Of a stretch of DNA of 64,000 nucleotides, positions 39,181-54,600 are shown piece after piece. The notes below the pieces were generated by a model. That model was not told the origin of the DNA. It did no database searches and saw nothing but the letters and a program-made list of their open reading frames with translations. The first letter of the stretch is position 1. Each line of letters starts with the position of its first letter. Both the position numbers and the translations under genes were made by a program. The stretch comes from Paraspadella gotoi. Lineage: Eukaryota > Animalia > Chaetognatha. The stretch covers positions 18,306,005 through 18,370,004 of the forward strand of contig CM119268.1 in the NCBI GenBank assembly GCA_051294375.1, read 5' to 3'.

Positions 39181-41020
39181 CGTAACCGGGAGGCGTGGGC
39201 GACGAAGCCACCGCGGAGCAGCCGACGCCTTGACACTTATTAGCGCTGACAATCGGACATGAGAAATGCGCCCCTGGTGGCGAGAAAAACGAGAGAGATT
39301 GGGAGGGAGTGAGGGGAAAGAGAAAGGAGGAGATAAAGAAAAGAAGGAAGTTTAGAGCGAAGTGAATAGATTGGGAAATAAAAGACAAACCAGAGTATTT
39401 ACAACACATAAATACTACAATGTTTTTTTTAATCTTACCCCGTGAGCCAAATCCGATGATACAAAAGAAACCACTGCCGTACTTTACTGTGTAGAGATAG
39501 AGTTACTCAGATATTTTTAAATGATAAATAACTGCTTTTCGTTTTTTGTGTATAAATTTTATTTTAATCAATTTTCATTAACAACTTTTAATATATTTTC
39601 TCACAAAGATGGTAAAATCGCCAGATTGTTGGCGAATCGTATTTGTTAAAAATCGAGTGCAATGAACAATTTTGTATTAAGTTTTAAAGGCAGTGTTAAA
39701 AATATATTGGTGTTTTTGGCCCACTATTAATTCCATATGAGAATGATGCTCCAGCCTTTATTCAGATAATTCTAGCTGGCTGACTAAGCAATTTCTAAGA
39801 CTGCTTTTTTGTGCCAAAAGATTATTGGCAAGAGGAAGATGTCTATTCACTGCCTATAATTAGCTTGTCCTATATTGAAAAACTAAAGAAAGAGGAGTGG
39901 CTTATGGCAAGACAATTTAAAAAATTGATAGTTTAAGCTCGATAGAGTGACCAGTGAATCACAGCATCCGCTGCATAAAAGTTTTTTATCTTAATTTTTC
40001 AAGAAAATTCAGTTCGACAAGAGAGGATATTCCTTAGCTATCCAGAGGTTCCAACATGTAAAATATAATTTTTTTCTTTGGTGATTTAGAATTAGAAAGG
40101 TTGGTAAGCAGAAGCCAAAGTTGTTATGAGTATTTGACTTTTGTAATGGTAAAAAATTAGAGGTTTTTTGCTCCATGAAGGAGAATTTTTTCTAGCGATG
40201 CCGAGTTTTTTGTATTGGTTTTGATTGATTGCGTTTTTAAGCAAAGTTTTTTGAATTGGTTATAATTGATAGCGTTTTTAAGCAATGTTTTGAACTTTTT
40301 AAAAACTTCAATGATTTTTATTTAAATTGGTGCTATAAATTGTTCTTATTAGCGTATAATTTACGTATAATTAATTTTTCTTTCGTATCATCGGATTTGG
40401 CTCACGGGGTATCTTCCTATATTTATGCATAGATAAGGTGAAAATCATTATCATGATGCTGATGATTATCATCATCAACATCATCATTAGTTTCATCATC
40501 ATGATCGTTTTCATCATCATCATTATCATCATCATCATCGACATCATACTCATGCTGCTTTTCAGTTTAACCTTATATTTGTTTATCTTTATTTTCATTA
40601 CCATCATCATCATCATTAATTTATCATAACCATCATCGTCAATATCCTAATTTTCAGCGTAATCATAATTTATTATTTTTTTTCATCATCATCATCATCA
40701 TAATCATCATCATCAACATCAACGGTATCGTTGTCATCGTCGCCATATTTGGAGGGAAATGAAAGAACAAAGTTGAGCATAAAAAAAGTGAAAAAAAGGA
40801 ACCAACTTTAGAATTTATGCGACAAATCACCTTTCAGCGCGGAACATAAACTTGGCCCAGGACCTCGTTTGTTCGGGGATAATAGTAGTCACAACTCCAG
40901 TCTAATTGTAGTCACAACAATGTACCTAAAACCATCGTTTAGGCCTTTCACGTCGTGAAAGGTGCTTTGTTCACGGTCTTTGTCTCTTTCTCTCTTTTTT
41001 TTTCTTTTACTCACTCTCCT

Positions 41021-41061
<41 letters not shown>

Positions 41062-41493
41062 CCTCCTCTCTCTCTCTCTCTCCCATTCCCTTACTTCCGT
41101 TTTTTGACTGCTCCTAATAATATGCAGCCACACTTAAATTTAAAACAGAAAAACTACCTCGAAAGATTATAAAGAGGGCGAGACTCGCCTCCTAAACGTC
41201 CGACCGAGTTACTTTATTAGAAAGATGATGCCTGCCGAGCCAGAAGCGAGGCCAACCATAAAATCCGGTTTTATTTGACAGCCAGATATTGCGCACTCTG
41301 TTTATTGTCCTTTCTTTTCTTTTCTTCTTAATATTACAGATTCTGACTCTATAATTCTCTTCGCTGGTTTGTCGGGTGCCCTCATCGTATTTTTGGTGTT
41401 GTCATTCCAGTTATAACTTAAAGATTAAAGGAATATGAGTGAGAGGAGAGAGGAGAGAAGAGAGAGAGAGAGAGAGACGAGATGACGAGACAG

Positions 41494-41532
<39 letters not shown>

Positions 41533-42009
41533 AAACAAACAAGATCGGTCCATCCAATGTGTTGAGCCGTAGTGACTTTCTTTTTATTCTTTGATCACAT
41601 GACTAGGAAATTTATGGATACCATGTCTCATGATTGATCACTATCCTGCAAATTTTTTTTTCTAACACGAAATATGCCGCATTTACTTTGTGATCACGTG
41701 ATCATAATTTTAACTCTTAAAACAAGAATGAAAGAACGAGAGAAAAATATTGAATTCAATATTCAATAATGCTCCTGTTTTAAAACCAAAAGAAGTAAAC
41801 TGAGTAATGACCTAAAAATCCGCGTAGCACTTGAGGTTCGCGGACACAGCAGTGGACCAGGCGAAGGACTCATTGAAGATTTGAGGGCAAACCCTGTCTT
41901 TCATGACATGACATGACATGAATATATAAAAAAAGTGGGGCTACTAAGTTTTAGGTCTTGGATCTTGTACCAGTTTTGGTTTAATGCTTATTTAATGCTT
42001 GTTTGTTTG

Positions 42010-42732
42010 TGATCAACAGCTCGACGACGTCAATGCAATCAACCGCCAGCGTCAAGGCCAAACTGCTCGTCGACTCCCCAACGCCTCTCGCCGACCAAAT
42101 TTCAACGATAGGCCACTGACTAATACTTCAAAGCCTCAGCAGAAAACGCAGAAAGTACAACCATATCTGCATCTAGAGCCAACAAGCAACAACCAATTAG
42201 AGTAAATTTCGTCAAACAAGCCGACGATCCATACTACAAGCTCCTGGATACTTACCACGATCTCTGTACTCCATCGTTCCAGACCAGAGAACCCAAACAT
42301 GGTGTTAGACACCATATTCCAACCACAGGTCGACCGGTGCAGTCCAGAGCCCGTCGCCCGGCCCCCGACAAACTCGAGGTGGCCAAGCGAGAACTAGATA
42401 AATTGTGTGACCTTGGAATTGCCCGCCGAGGGAAGAGCGAGTGGGCATCTCCATTACTAGTAGTGAACAAAGCCCTCGGCGGATACCGCGTGTGTGGAGA
42501 TTTCCGCCGTCTCAACAACGCCACCCTGGATGATAAGTATCCAGTCAAAACCTTAAACGATTTCAACTCTAATCTTTGTGGCAAACGAGTCTTCAGCAAA
42601 ATCGATCTTCTCAAAGGCTACCACTGGTCGACGACGACGTAGCCAAAACCGGAGTAATCACCCCTTTTGGTTTATATGTTTTCCCGCGTACTCCATTTGG
42701 ATTGAAGAACGCGGGACAGGACTTTCAGCGCA
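42010..42732 (+). mobile_element. Ty3/gypsy LTR retrotransposon pol fragment (RT N-terminal half), degenerate
   Basis: HGVRHHIPTTGRPV...SEWASPLLVVNK..GGYRVCGDFRRLN...DKYP...FSKIDLLKGYH, then a frameshift near 42625, then KTGVITPFGLYVFPRTPFGLKNAGQDFQR. Truncated before YxDD. Confidence 0.92.
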
Positions 42733-42779
42733 TAGCCCATATTTATACATATTTATACATACATTTATACATATACATA

Positions 42780-43083
42780 AAAAATGTCAAGTTTTTAAAA
42801 TATTTTTTTCTTATTTTTGAAAGCAGATTCCTCAAGAAAAGATGAAAAAAAGAAATATAACTCTTTTTAGAAAATTATTTCATTAATTGGGTCAAAATAA
42901 AAAAAAAATTATATATAACCTATAAATAAATTTTAGTATAAAAAATATAGTTTTTTTTTATTTTTAGCTAACTTAATGAAATAATTTTTTATTAAGACTT
43001 ATATTTTCTTTTATCAACTTTTTATGAGAAATTCGAATCTGCTTTAAAAACTTTGAGAAAACTTTTTTTAAATTTTGACATTA
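42780..43083. mobile_element. AT-rich MITE-like inverted repeat next to the truncation point of the gypsy fragment
   Basis: aatgtcaa...aaagcagattc on the left pairs with gaatctgcttt...ttgacatt on the right. Confidence 0.6.
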
Positions 43084-45189
43084 GTTTAAATATTGGCTAA
43101 TTCAAAAACTGAAAAGTTAAAAACAATTTTTAATATATCAATGTTCTCTAGTACAAGACTGTTCATGATCAACTATTCAAATTTTTATTGGCAACTTTCA
43201 CTACGCCTTCCTGAAGAGTGCTCTCCAAAACTTCTTTTTTTATGTTATCTTTATCAATATTGCATAAATTCATAAAACAACTGCACGTTTACGGGGTTCT
43301 ACAATGTATTTTTATTGTTTATCGATCAAAAGCTTTATTTTTTTCTAAATGAAAGAGATCGCATAGAAGAAAGTTACCTTTCCTGTGGTAACCTTTCATC
43401 TATCATAACAGGTTGGCACATGAAATTAAAATGATCTATTTCAAAAGATTCTGGACTTAAATCGTACTTAATGGCGTTGTTCCAAATAAAAAATATTTGC
43501 ATTAGACAAAATTTGCTCTTGTGTCAGTTGAATATTTACTAATTTTTCTTCAAAAATAACCCTATCTATTTATTGGGCAGGTCAATAGTTTCACTTCCTA
43601 ATTTTTTGTGAAGTAAACAAACATCACATTTTATCGGAATAATAAAAAAATAAAAATTGTTAAGGATGATTTATTTTCGCCATTTTGAATATTTATAATA
43701 TTATATATAGATTTATTACATATTTTGCTCTGTCAGTAAAAAAACTTACAATAAAATTTTCAAAATATAAAAAAGGAAACTTCCCGAACCGTTATCTTAA
43801 TCTGAGGACCGAGAAATGCAAGTATTTCTGTTCTCATGGTGATGTGATGGCTGTTTTGGGAATAGGTGCAAATTTTCTTTGATCTTTTTTATCACATCCT
43901 TAGTATTATATTTCAAGAAGTCGTAGTTCCTGCAGTTAAAAAGCAGGAATTACAATTTTAATTAAAACTACTGTTATCCATCAATAGTTAATTTAAAAAG
44001 CTTAGTTTTTCAATCATTACTCGCAAAGAAAAGAGTATTTGAAGAAAATCAGTATTTATCTTAACAACATATATTCAAACTTACTATGCCTTACGCTAAA
44101 GTGCATCATCTACAATTTACTCAGATGATACGATGACCTAAAAACTATTTCGGACTTTTAGCGCCAAAGTTTTTTCACCACACAATAAAGTTTTGCTTCT
44201 GCTATAAGGATATTCACAAGATACAATCAAGCAACCACTTAACCGGTAAACTTTTTTAAATGTCATCGCCATCTCTGGAAGAACCAGGACTAAAATTTCT
44301 ATCGCAAACATTAAGAAGTTATCCAGCATTTTCATCCATAAGTCCGGCCAACTCCGCCATTTTTCCACTTTACAAATGTCGGGCACGTCAAATCCATTCT
44401 CCATCAATTCCTTACCTTATGATTTAAAATTTTGGAAAATCAATATCCTATAAGTTTAAATACTGAGAGATAAGAAATTGAATTCTTTATTTCTGAACCA
44501 AAGGTCATGTGGTTAGCGGTAAGGGAATCCCCCCACGGGATTCCGCCCACGAATCCCGTTTTAGGGAATGTCTAACTGGATTCGACAACACGGCATTTGT
44601 GGGCAAAATCCCATTGAGACAATTCCATGTCGGGTAATTCTCGTGTAGAGAATATCCCAATGGGAGAATACCGTGGGTGGAATTCCGCTGTGGGGGAATT
44701 CCAATGGAATTGTGTTAAGATGCTGTACAAACGTAAATACAAATATTTAAATAACTGGTATCAGCTATGTCCCATCTAGGAAAAAGTATATCGTATTTTT
44801 AGTGGAGGATATCTACTCAAAAACTTGTTCAATTTTTAAACAAGTTTGAGCAAACAATGGTGGATCTGCCGACGATCATTAGCGGTAATCAATTGATTAG
44901 TTAAAATATTAATTAATTAGTTAATTACGCATTAATTAATTATTTAAAAAATAATTGTTTGCACAAACTTATTTGTTTTTAGGTTTTTTCGTCAGGTCAC
45001 TAACCACTAAGGCGGAACAAGGTAAAAACTAAGAGTTTTGTAATAAAAATAACGTTAGAGCATTCCTGTGGGATAACGAAATTTAAAAAAAAATTACATT
45101 GTGTGATTTTTCTCTCTTTTCGTTGTTCAATAAGATAGCAGATTCGAGAACGAAAGTTTTTAGTATTTTTACAACGATTTTATTACAAA

Positions 45190-45238
45190 GTATTGGACAT
45201 GTTTCGACTCTTGTTTTCGAGTCTTCATCAGCATTTGA
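45190..45238 (-). ncRNA. Minimal hammerhead ribozyme motif (solo PLE pLTR remnant)
   Basis: Reverse complement reads ctgatgaagactcgaaaacaagagtcgaaacatgtc: same core and stem II, different loop II. Confidence 0.7.
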
Positions 45239-45269
45239 CAGTTGTCAAATGTCAAATGGCGGGACTTAA

Positions 45270-45391
45270 AAAAATTCATGTTACAAGTGTGGAAAAACAA
45301 TTCACCGTCATACCTCAATTCGCTGTACAAAAGCATGCCCAGACGAATGCAGGCAGTAGACGATGCCGAGGGAGGTCACACCAAATATTGA
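45270..45391 (+). mobile_element. Tc1/mariner transposase C-terminal fragment
   Basis: Translates as VWKNNSPSYLNSLYKSMPRRMQAVDDAEGGHTKY*, the typical Tc1 transposase end. Confidence 0.8.
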
Positions 45392-48300
45392 GAATGTTTT
45401 ACTCATGATTTGTATATTTTTTATTAAATAAATAATTTTTTCAACAATTATGTGATATACTGTTTTTCATAGATAGTATTTTTTATTTGCTTACTCAGTC
45501 TCTTTATTTTTTTCTCTACAGTCTGTAATTTAATTGCTTATATACATTTTGAAAGAAAAAAGATTAAAACATATATTTATCAAAAAATTAATGAGAGTGG
45601 CATTTATGCAAGTAGAAATATGTTACCTTGTGGTTGTAATATTGTAAATTGTGAAATGGAGAGTTCAGGGAAAAAGAGATTTTCATACAAATTTGAAATA
45701 TATAGTGCCTGAATCTAGATTCAGATTTTCAAAAAACTTTCAAAATATGATCAGAACCATATTTAATGGAAATTACATACACAGCCGGTAGGTCAAGTAA
45801 GCTCAAAAGGTTAGTAATAAAAATCGAGTGACTCGAATATGCAAATGAGATTAATGCGTCATCGTAAGGTTGAATATAAGTCAAAAGAGAGCATAAACAT
45901 TTTAATTATAACTATTTTTTAAAAAACAAATAATAAATATGTTTTAATTTGTTTTGATAGTTCTGTATAATAAAAAATATTTAAAAAAGTTAATCTAATA
46001 ATATTAACATGGCTATCAAAATTTTGCAAATTGGATTTTTTTTTCATTTTCATTATAAAATTGGTAAAACAACTATTTCTCTTTTAATTTTAAGAAAATA
46101 TTTTTAAAAATATATGTTTTTTAATAAGCAATCAATTGGTGCTAGAAAATTATATTATTACAATACAATTGAAACATTCTTTGAAACATTTTACCACTTC
46201 ATTATTATCATTATTGATATGAAATAAAATTCTTATTGATAAGGAAGCCAGGTACTCTGTGAATGAATAAACGAGACTGTGAGTGAGTCTTGATTGAAAG
46301 GTTACAGGGACCTGCTATGTCATTATCTTGTAAGAGTGATGGAGGCCTTAAACCACCAAAGCCTATCCAAAGTGAGGGGCATAATAGCCTATTTATTAAA
46401 TGAATGGATAATTTTTATATTGGATTGGGTTATACCAATCTTCGATAAATTCAGCTCCTTGTATTTTGATGCTGAGTAGAATTATAACTTATATTCCCTC
46501 CGATCTAATACTTAGGGAATGGTCATTTCATACAATTGAACATCTTTGAAACAATTATACCACTTCATTGATTGGGAAGCCAGGTATACTGGAGTGAAAG
46601 ATACAACGAGACATGTCATTACTTGTAAAGTGATGAGCCTTAAAACCACACAAACCTGTTCCTAAAGTCCAGGGGAAGAGATAGCTTATTTATTAAATGA
46701 ATGGATAATTTTTGATATTGGTTGACCAATTTTCATATTATAACACTTTTAATAGGGAAAAGTCATTGACTCTTTTTGACGAAAACTAATTTCAGTTTCT
46801 TTTTCGATATTTTGTACCAATCGACTTTGTCGTCTCTAACTTTCGACACTTTGCTCGATTTTATTGGGACTTGTACCTATATCGCTTTGCAATCATTTAA
46901 TAAGCTTTTTTATAAGTATCTAATTTGTATAATTCAGCCATCCAATATCGTTTTTTCGATGTGAAAAAAGTGGTTTCTTTGATGCGCCCGTAGTGTACAA
47001 GATTAATGACAAGAGCAGTTCCTTGCAAGCATGTCAATCAAGACTCTTTCACAAACTCGTTTATTTTTGCCACATATAAATTTTTGATCATAATTGTAAT
47101 TTGCAAAGTACATAAGAGTATATTTTTTCTTATAATTTTGAATGGTATTATTTAAGTTATTATCAGTGGTAAAGATTTAAATAAGAATACAAAAGTTTTT
47201 CTGGAAACAAATACAAAATATTAGAGAGAGACTAAGAAGAGAAAGGGAGAAGAGAGAGAGAAGAGAGAGAGAAAGACACCAGTTGACCCAAAAGTAGTTA
47301 TTTTTAATCAAGCATGACCCCGGCGAAGCCGTTCAGGCTTGATATTGATTCGCGGTGAGACTTCTTTTTGTGACGTAGTCTCGGTCGTCGTCGTCGTCCG
47401 TCGGCGTCGTCGTCGTCGTCGTCGGCCGTCACGGCTGTTTATAAATAAAACTATACGCTTTTAGTAGTTGGCTGTGACTTACCTGTTTTTTTTAAATAAA
47501 AATTATTATAATGTGAATAAAGTTTCTAAAAAAGTTGCTGCATATCAAGTAAGTTAAATTTAGATTATTGCTTCTCCAATCTGAACAATAGCTTGATATT
47601 TTTCTTAATTACATTGGATTTAATATTTTTTGTTTGAATTCCACATTTCATTATGATTTACTGGCAATATGCAAATGAGATTTATAGTACTCATTTATCG
47701 ATATCCAAATTATATATAAGAATGCTTTAATCTAATTTACATATAATTGAGTATATAAATATTGAGATGAATCAAAACATTTTTTTTAAATCTCTAAAAA
47801 AATGGGAACGTCAAATAACTTTTTAATGAGAAGCTATAATCTTAATTTTAATAGCAAAATAAAAAATAAAAATCTTTACATAGCCTGCGATTGGAAAAAA
47901 TTGGAGAAATTTCCAATTGTAACCTCTGTATCATTTTTTCCTTCTTTTTTTCTTTTATTTTTGTTATTCTTTATTTCAGACAAAAACGAGTTTAGCTTAA
48001 GTTTAGTTTTGCCAGTCTTTACACTGTTTACTGTTTATGATATATGTCAATACTGTTTTTGGTATTATATCGAAAAAAAAAAAAAGAAAAAAAAAAACGA
48101 GTTTTTTTTTTCAGATTCAGATTTAAATTGGTGGGTATTTAGGTAAGGATGAACGGGGATGGTCCAAATAGATGGGGTACCTATTAAAAATGTTTAGATT
48201 GGTATTCGGACTTTCATTTAGCTAAAGTTTTTAAAATTATATTAGCTAAAGTTTTAAAAATTTGATATTAAGATGAATAGAGAAGGTAATTGTGTATTTC

Positions 48301-51300
48301 GTGTATTGTTTTGTAATTGTATGTCATATTTCATTTAAAAAAATAAGGTGAAAAAATAAATAATAATAAGAAAATAAAATAAAAAAACGCGATTTAGCAC
48401 TCCTTATATGTTGACTATTTTATTGTGTCATTGTCATCTGTCGATCGTCATACGAGTGTCGTTAAAGAAAAAGATATAATATATACTGTAATCAGTTAAA
48501 TAAATCAGATTGATGGTTGCTTTGTTAACACTAACCTGTAGAACATAGATTAGAATCGAATTGAAAAGATTAAAGATTGCTCTATATTGGCACACAAACC
48601 ATGGACTTAAAACTACTTAAACTTATAGACATTTATCTTTCTAACGATCGAGGTTAAAGTGAAGTTGCCTGTAACGCTCAAATTTAAAAGCTGGTAGTAC
48701 CACTTCGGATGTCAAGTAGCTTATAGTTGTCTTGAGGATAATGATTTGTGATAAGTCAATGTGTAATCTCCTTAGATTTCATTCACAAGGTGGTGATATA
48801 TGTCATTTACGTCATTTTACGTCATTTAGAAATTGGTAGCAAATACCATATTATGATAGTCATTTTTCATTAAAAAAAAAAATACACGTTTCTTTTAAAC
48901 GTCATTTTAGTATCACTATGGTCTCTTGGTCACCTTAAGTATCGATGAGTACGGGTATTCAGATAGGGCTGTTCTGAGATGTCGTTGACTATGAGCTACT
49001 CGTTGATTAGGGCTATCAGCGTGTTATGGGTTATTTGTTTTAGTTGCATTTTGAAGTCATTGATTTTAAGGTGTCATATTTTACGTTCTTTTGAGTAGGT
49101 ATAGCCAGGTCTAGTTTTATATTATTTTTGCTGAAACCATATTATAAATAAGAGCTATTCAGTTCACGTGCTGCACTGATACTTAGTAGCAGGCGGCCTG
49201 TACAACAGTATGAGTCGTGTCTAGGCTTTCGAGTCTGTCTTTCATCGTTCTCACTTTCTGTACTGTTTCAATCTGCATTTATCGATCCTCTTGACGTGAA
49301 TCGAGTTCTATTGGTGTTTGAAAAATATGATTATGTTTTTTTTGCTAAAAAACTTTTTTTACGGGAGCTTTTTTCTCAATGTACAGCTCAGTAAAATCGC
49401 GCGAATTTACATCTCCGAGATTGTATCCGTGCAATACATTTTAAAACTAGGATTGAAGATAACATATGATTGAGCATGCGAATAACTGTCACATGTAACT
49501 CGAGACTGAATCATTGACTTATTATATCTGCAGCACTTGGCAAAATATGCAATTACAGTTATAAAAAAATAATTTTGTTATTTATTATTATTGGTAACTT
49601 TGAGACGGGTTTGGCCCACTATGTGGAGCTGGAACATTCATGGATACGATTTAAATTAGGGCAGTCTGATATAAGAGATTGATTAATCCGGTCGAAATTA
49701 GACATTGACTGTTTTTGTATTTTATGACTTATATTAATAAGACTATTGCGTTGATGATTGAGAATGTAGTAAGCTAGTGTATGTCTAGTTGTATATGACT
49801 TGTAATGCATTTTATATCTTTTTCTTTCGAAATAATAATGGTATTTGAGTTGTGAGTATGATTAGTGATTTATGTAGTAACTTCTAATTAAATATTGCGC
49901 GGTATTAGTGATGATATTTCGTGACACGCTGAGGTCTGTGAAATTTTGCCTTGCCTAAAAAGAGACAATTCAAGAGGCGATTTCTGCATTCGATATTGAC
50001 TTGAAGATTTCTTGTGTGAATGAGGAAAGAGAAAAATATGTATGTGGGGGAAGATCAAAAATTATCATGATAATGATCGTCGTTTAACTCTGCGAGATAG
50101 TACAGTCCGAGACTATATAGGTTGTTAGTGTAATGATTGGTATTATATATTGTTCTGTTATGGATCATTAGTGTATTGAAAAGAGTTTAGCTTTCTATCA
50201 GTTTTCTTGCTTCTGAAACATAAGCGGTAGCCCGACGATGCAATAGGGGGTGAATCAGGATAAATATTGCTGAGATATTGGAGACTCGTCGATGCTCAAA
50301 CTGGAGAATTATGCATTTCTTTAATGTTTACTTTCAATAGATATCATGTAAATAATTTCTTATTATGACGCTACTTAATAAAGCCAAGATGGGATTTATT
50401 TATTTGTGGAGATATTGTTTTGTATAGAAAGGGAAGAACAGAGAGATTCGTTCCTCTACGCTCCATATTCGTCTACGGACTCTCGGCAAAATGAGTTCTA
50501 GGCGTGCGTAGCGATGAGCAGGCGGTCCAGGGCGCGGTCACGCAGGCGGCTTGTTCCGAGACCCTTCTTCCGATGATTCCTGTCTGTATTCGTATGCTCT
50601 CTCGAGATCTCCTCGATCTACTATTACATCTCATCTCACTTGTTTTGTTATTCCTTCTAAGAGAACTTTTAATTAGGTCGCCATTTATTCCGCGCTTTTT
50701 TCTTAATACAAAATCCAATTTTACATCCAAGAATTATTCGTGGATTTTTTCCCTAGAAATGTCCTGGATATGCGTTTCGATTTGGCGAGGGCATAATAGC
50801 TGCCAGCCTCTTGCTCTCGTCTCGTCATCATGTCGTCTCTCTTCATTTCACTTCGCATACTACGTGCGATATTGTTTGGTTTTTGATTTAGTCACGAGCA
50901 GGTAATTGGCAATGAAAAATGACTTATCATCTGGTATCAATGAAATCGAATCTGTACTCATCCATGGCCAGTTGAGTATGACCTTATTGTGGGCTTAATA
51001 AGAGATTTTAGATATAGAGGCTTTCTATGATAGTGTTAAGCTAACTAAATGATGGTTGCATTTGATAATAATGCTGAAGCGCATCACGCCATATGTTGCT
51101 GGCCAAGATGAGATAGGGATTTAAGCCTCACATGTCGTGCAAGCGACCCGATGGGAGATATCCGCATTGCTTTTTTAATTACTTCCAAGTGGCCCCAGAC
51201 TTAGCGAAGGATTCTTATAATAGGGATTGTGAATGTGCACTGGTGAGTGATGTTATTTTTACTGAGATCATAGTTCGTTGCAGTTAGCTCAAATAAAATG

Positions 51301-51699
51301 ATAAATGCTCAACTCTTTCTAGTGATGCGTATGAGAAAACGAAAAATTTGGGTTGTAATTCACAAGAATGTGAAATAAGATCATGTGTCCCGCACCTTCT
51401 TGTTTGCCATCTACCTTTACATAAATATATTTTTTTATTCTAGAAGGAATAAACATTTTATCTTTTTTTGCAGGTAGGCCACAAGGCCACATGTTCTTTT
51501 TCTTTTTTCAATCTTTGTTGTCTTTTTAAAGCCAAACAAACAAAAGATAATAACTCATACAAGGACGGAGAGAAAAACTAAAAACCTGATTGAACTTATC
51601 TCTCTCTGTCTCAACTAGCTTTTTGTCATTACTTTACTGTCTTACTATCTTTCAAGATTAAGTTTTACAAGAAAACCTTTCATTGCAATAGTAATTTTC

Positions 51700-54600
51700 A
51701 TGTGCTTTTTAGTGCTTAATTTATTTTAAGTCGGATCTTGCTTATCAGCAGATCCCGACTCCTAATTAATCTCAACTTTGTCGGTCCGTCGGTCGCCCCC
51801 TCAATATTGTCGGCACACACTTATATCATGGTAGAACATCGAATTAATGATAAATTATGAAAAAAACGATGTTCGTCCGTCTGTCTGTCTGTCGTGTTGT
51901 CTGTCTGGTCTGTCTGTCTGTGTGTCTGTCTGTCTGTCCGTTTTCGTCCGTCCGTCCCACCATTAGCAAAAAACTCCATTACTCGGATTGGATGGATGGA
52001 TTGGTATGACATTTGTGTGTGGTAGGTAAACTGTGTGATTGGGATGGATATGAAGTTTCGAGGAAATCGTGCGAGTGGAAATTGGTTTAAATTGGAAACA
52101 AGTTTGAGACATGTCGATCTGCCTACGATAATTATTAATTAATTGATTATTAATTAATTAATAGATTAATTAATTAATTAATAGATTAGTTAATTAATTA
52201 TTAGTAAGATTAAATTATGAATATTATATTCAGCTTGTCATCATCGATGTCCTTGAAATTGAGTCAGGTACAGTTATTAAATGTTTTGTTTTACATTTTA
52301 ATCAAAACAAAACACAATATGCCTCTATTTCAGCCAGGCGAGGCAAAGCCCGTCCTGTCTAGATTTTTTTTCGGTTTAGCTTTCGGGTCCTCGCTTTTTG
52401 CAATCATGGCTTTGAAAGTGTGATATCATAGGGAGTTGAATTTTCATATATGGCTTCTATCATCCAAGATCTTGTAAAATTCCAGTTTCATATAATATTC
52501 CGTATTTGTTTAGTTTTATTTACAAAACAAAAACGTTTTAAAATTATATGTCGCTCTCTCTTCTTCTCTTTTTTCTCCGTCACTGCTTCTCTAAAAACGA
52601 GTTCCGGCTCTGCAGCCGTCTTCCGCTTCTTTCTCTCTCATCTCTCTCTCTTCTCTCTCTCTTCTCTCTTTTTTTTTTTACAGAAATTTTTTAAGATATA
52701 ATGTGGGTTCACTAATGTAAATAAACGATGCCACGCGAACTGGGCGGTAACCAGGTCCTTTGGGAGAGAATAGCTCATCGCTACGTGCGGCGCCATAAGT
52801 ACTGGCTAATTCTTTAACGAGTAAAGGGGCTGTAGAGCTTCTCTTCTCTCTCTCTTTTAATTATTAATAGTATCTGCTACTTTCTCTTCTCTTTTTCTCT
52901 GCAGCGGGCTAGTTCTCTCTCTCTCTCTCCTCGCTCTTTTCTTCTCTCTCTCTGTCTCTCTGTTCTCTGTGTGTGTCTGTCCTATCTGTCCGATTACTTT
53001 TGCGTGATCGTTTGTTTTTGAAAAATTCTGATTATTTTTTTTCCTTCTAAAAACTTTTTATTATTGCCATTTATTCCGCGCTTTTTTCAATATCAAAATC
53101 CCATATTTTCATCCGAGATTTTCGTGGATTTATTTTCTTTTCTTCTCTTCTCTCTCTCTCTGTTCTTTCTCATCTCTCTCATCTGTTTCTGTTCTCTCCT
53201 CTCTCTTCTCTCTCTCTCTCTCTCTCTGTCTGCTTTTTAGTGCTTAATTATTATTTTTTAGTCGGATCTGCTTATCAGCAGATCCCGATCTATAATTCAC
53301 TTTGTCGGTCCGCTCGGTCCGCCCCCTCAAATATTGTCGGGCAACACACTTATATCATGTCAGAACATCGAATTATGATAAATTATAGAAAAAAACGATG
53401 TTCGTTTAACATATTCTCTGTCTGTCTGTCTGTCTGTCTGTCTGTCATGTGTGGGTCTGTCTGTCTGTCCGTCCGTCCGTCCGTCGCCAACCTTACAGCA
53501 AAAAAACTCCAATTACTCCGTGGATTGGATGGATGGGATTTGGTATGACATTTTGTGTGTGGGTAGGAACTGTGTGATGGGATGGATATGAAGTTTCGAG
53601 GAAATCGTGCGAGTGAAATTGGTTTAATGGAAAACAAGTTTGAGCAAACAATGTCGGATTGCCTACGATTAAATTTTAATTATTATATTGAATAATTATT
53701 AATGATAATAGATTAATTTTATTAATAATTAATTAATTAGATTAATCTAATTTAATTAATTAATAGATTAATTATAATTTAATATTCAGCTTGTATCATC
53801 GATGTCCCTTAAATTGAGTCGAGGACAGTTATTAAATGTGTTTGTTTACATTTTATAACAAAAAATATTCCTACTTATCGAGGCCAGGCGGGCACAAAGC
53901 CCGTCCTGTCTAGATTTTTTTCGTTTAGCTTTCGTCTCCGCTTTTTTGCAATATGGCTTTGAAAGTGTGATAATCATAGGGAGTTGAATTTTCATAATAT
54001 GGCTTTCTAATCAATCAAAGAATCTTTAAAATTTTCCTCAATGTTTCATGATCAATATTGGTATTTGTTTATGTTTTATTTACAAAACAAAAACGTTTTA
54101 ATTATATGTGCTCTCTCTCTTCTTTTTTCTTCCGTCACTGCTTCTTCTAAAAACGAAGTTCCGCTCTGCAGTCGTCCCGCTTCAGTTTTTCTTTCTTCTC
54201 TGCTCTCTCCTCTCCTCTCTCTTCTCTACTCTCTTTTTTTTTTTACAAAAATTTTTAGATATAATGTTGGGTTCACTAATGTAAAAAAGATGCCCGCGAA
54301 CTAGGGCGCGAACCCAGGTGTCCATTTGGTAGAGAATAGCTCACGCTACGTGCGGCGCCAATAAGTACTGCTATTCTTTAACACGAGTAAGGGGGCTGTA
54401 GAGCTTTCTTCTCTCTCTCTCTTTGCTTTTATTATAATATCGCTCTTTTTCTCTTTCTCTTTTCCTCTGCAGCGGCTGTCTCTCTCTCTCTCTCTTTTTC
54501 TTCTCATTCTCCTGTCTCTCTTCTCTCTGTGTGGTGTCTGGTCCCTACTGTCCGATCTTTTGCGTGATCGTTTTGTTTTTTTTGAAAAAATTTCTGATTA

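Noticed and set aside
40371-40740. Met-rich and Ile-rich ORFs
   Set aside because: Degenerate (ATC)n microsatellite.
54288-54368. Functional tRNA gene
   Set aside because: A/B-box-like motifs are present but there is no consistent cloverleaf, and it lies within a repeat.
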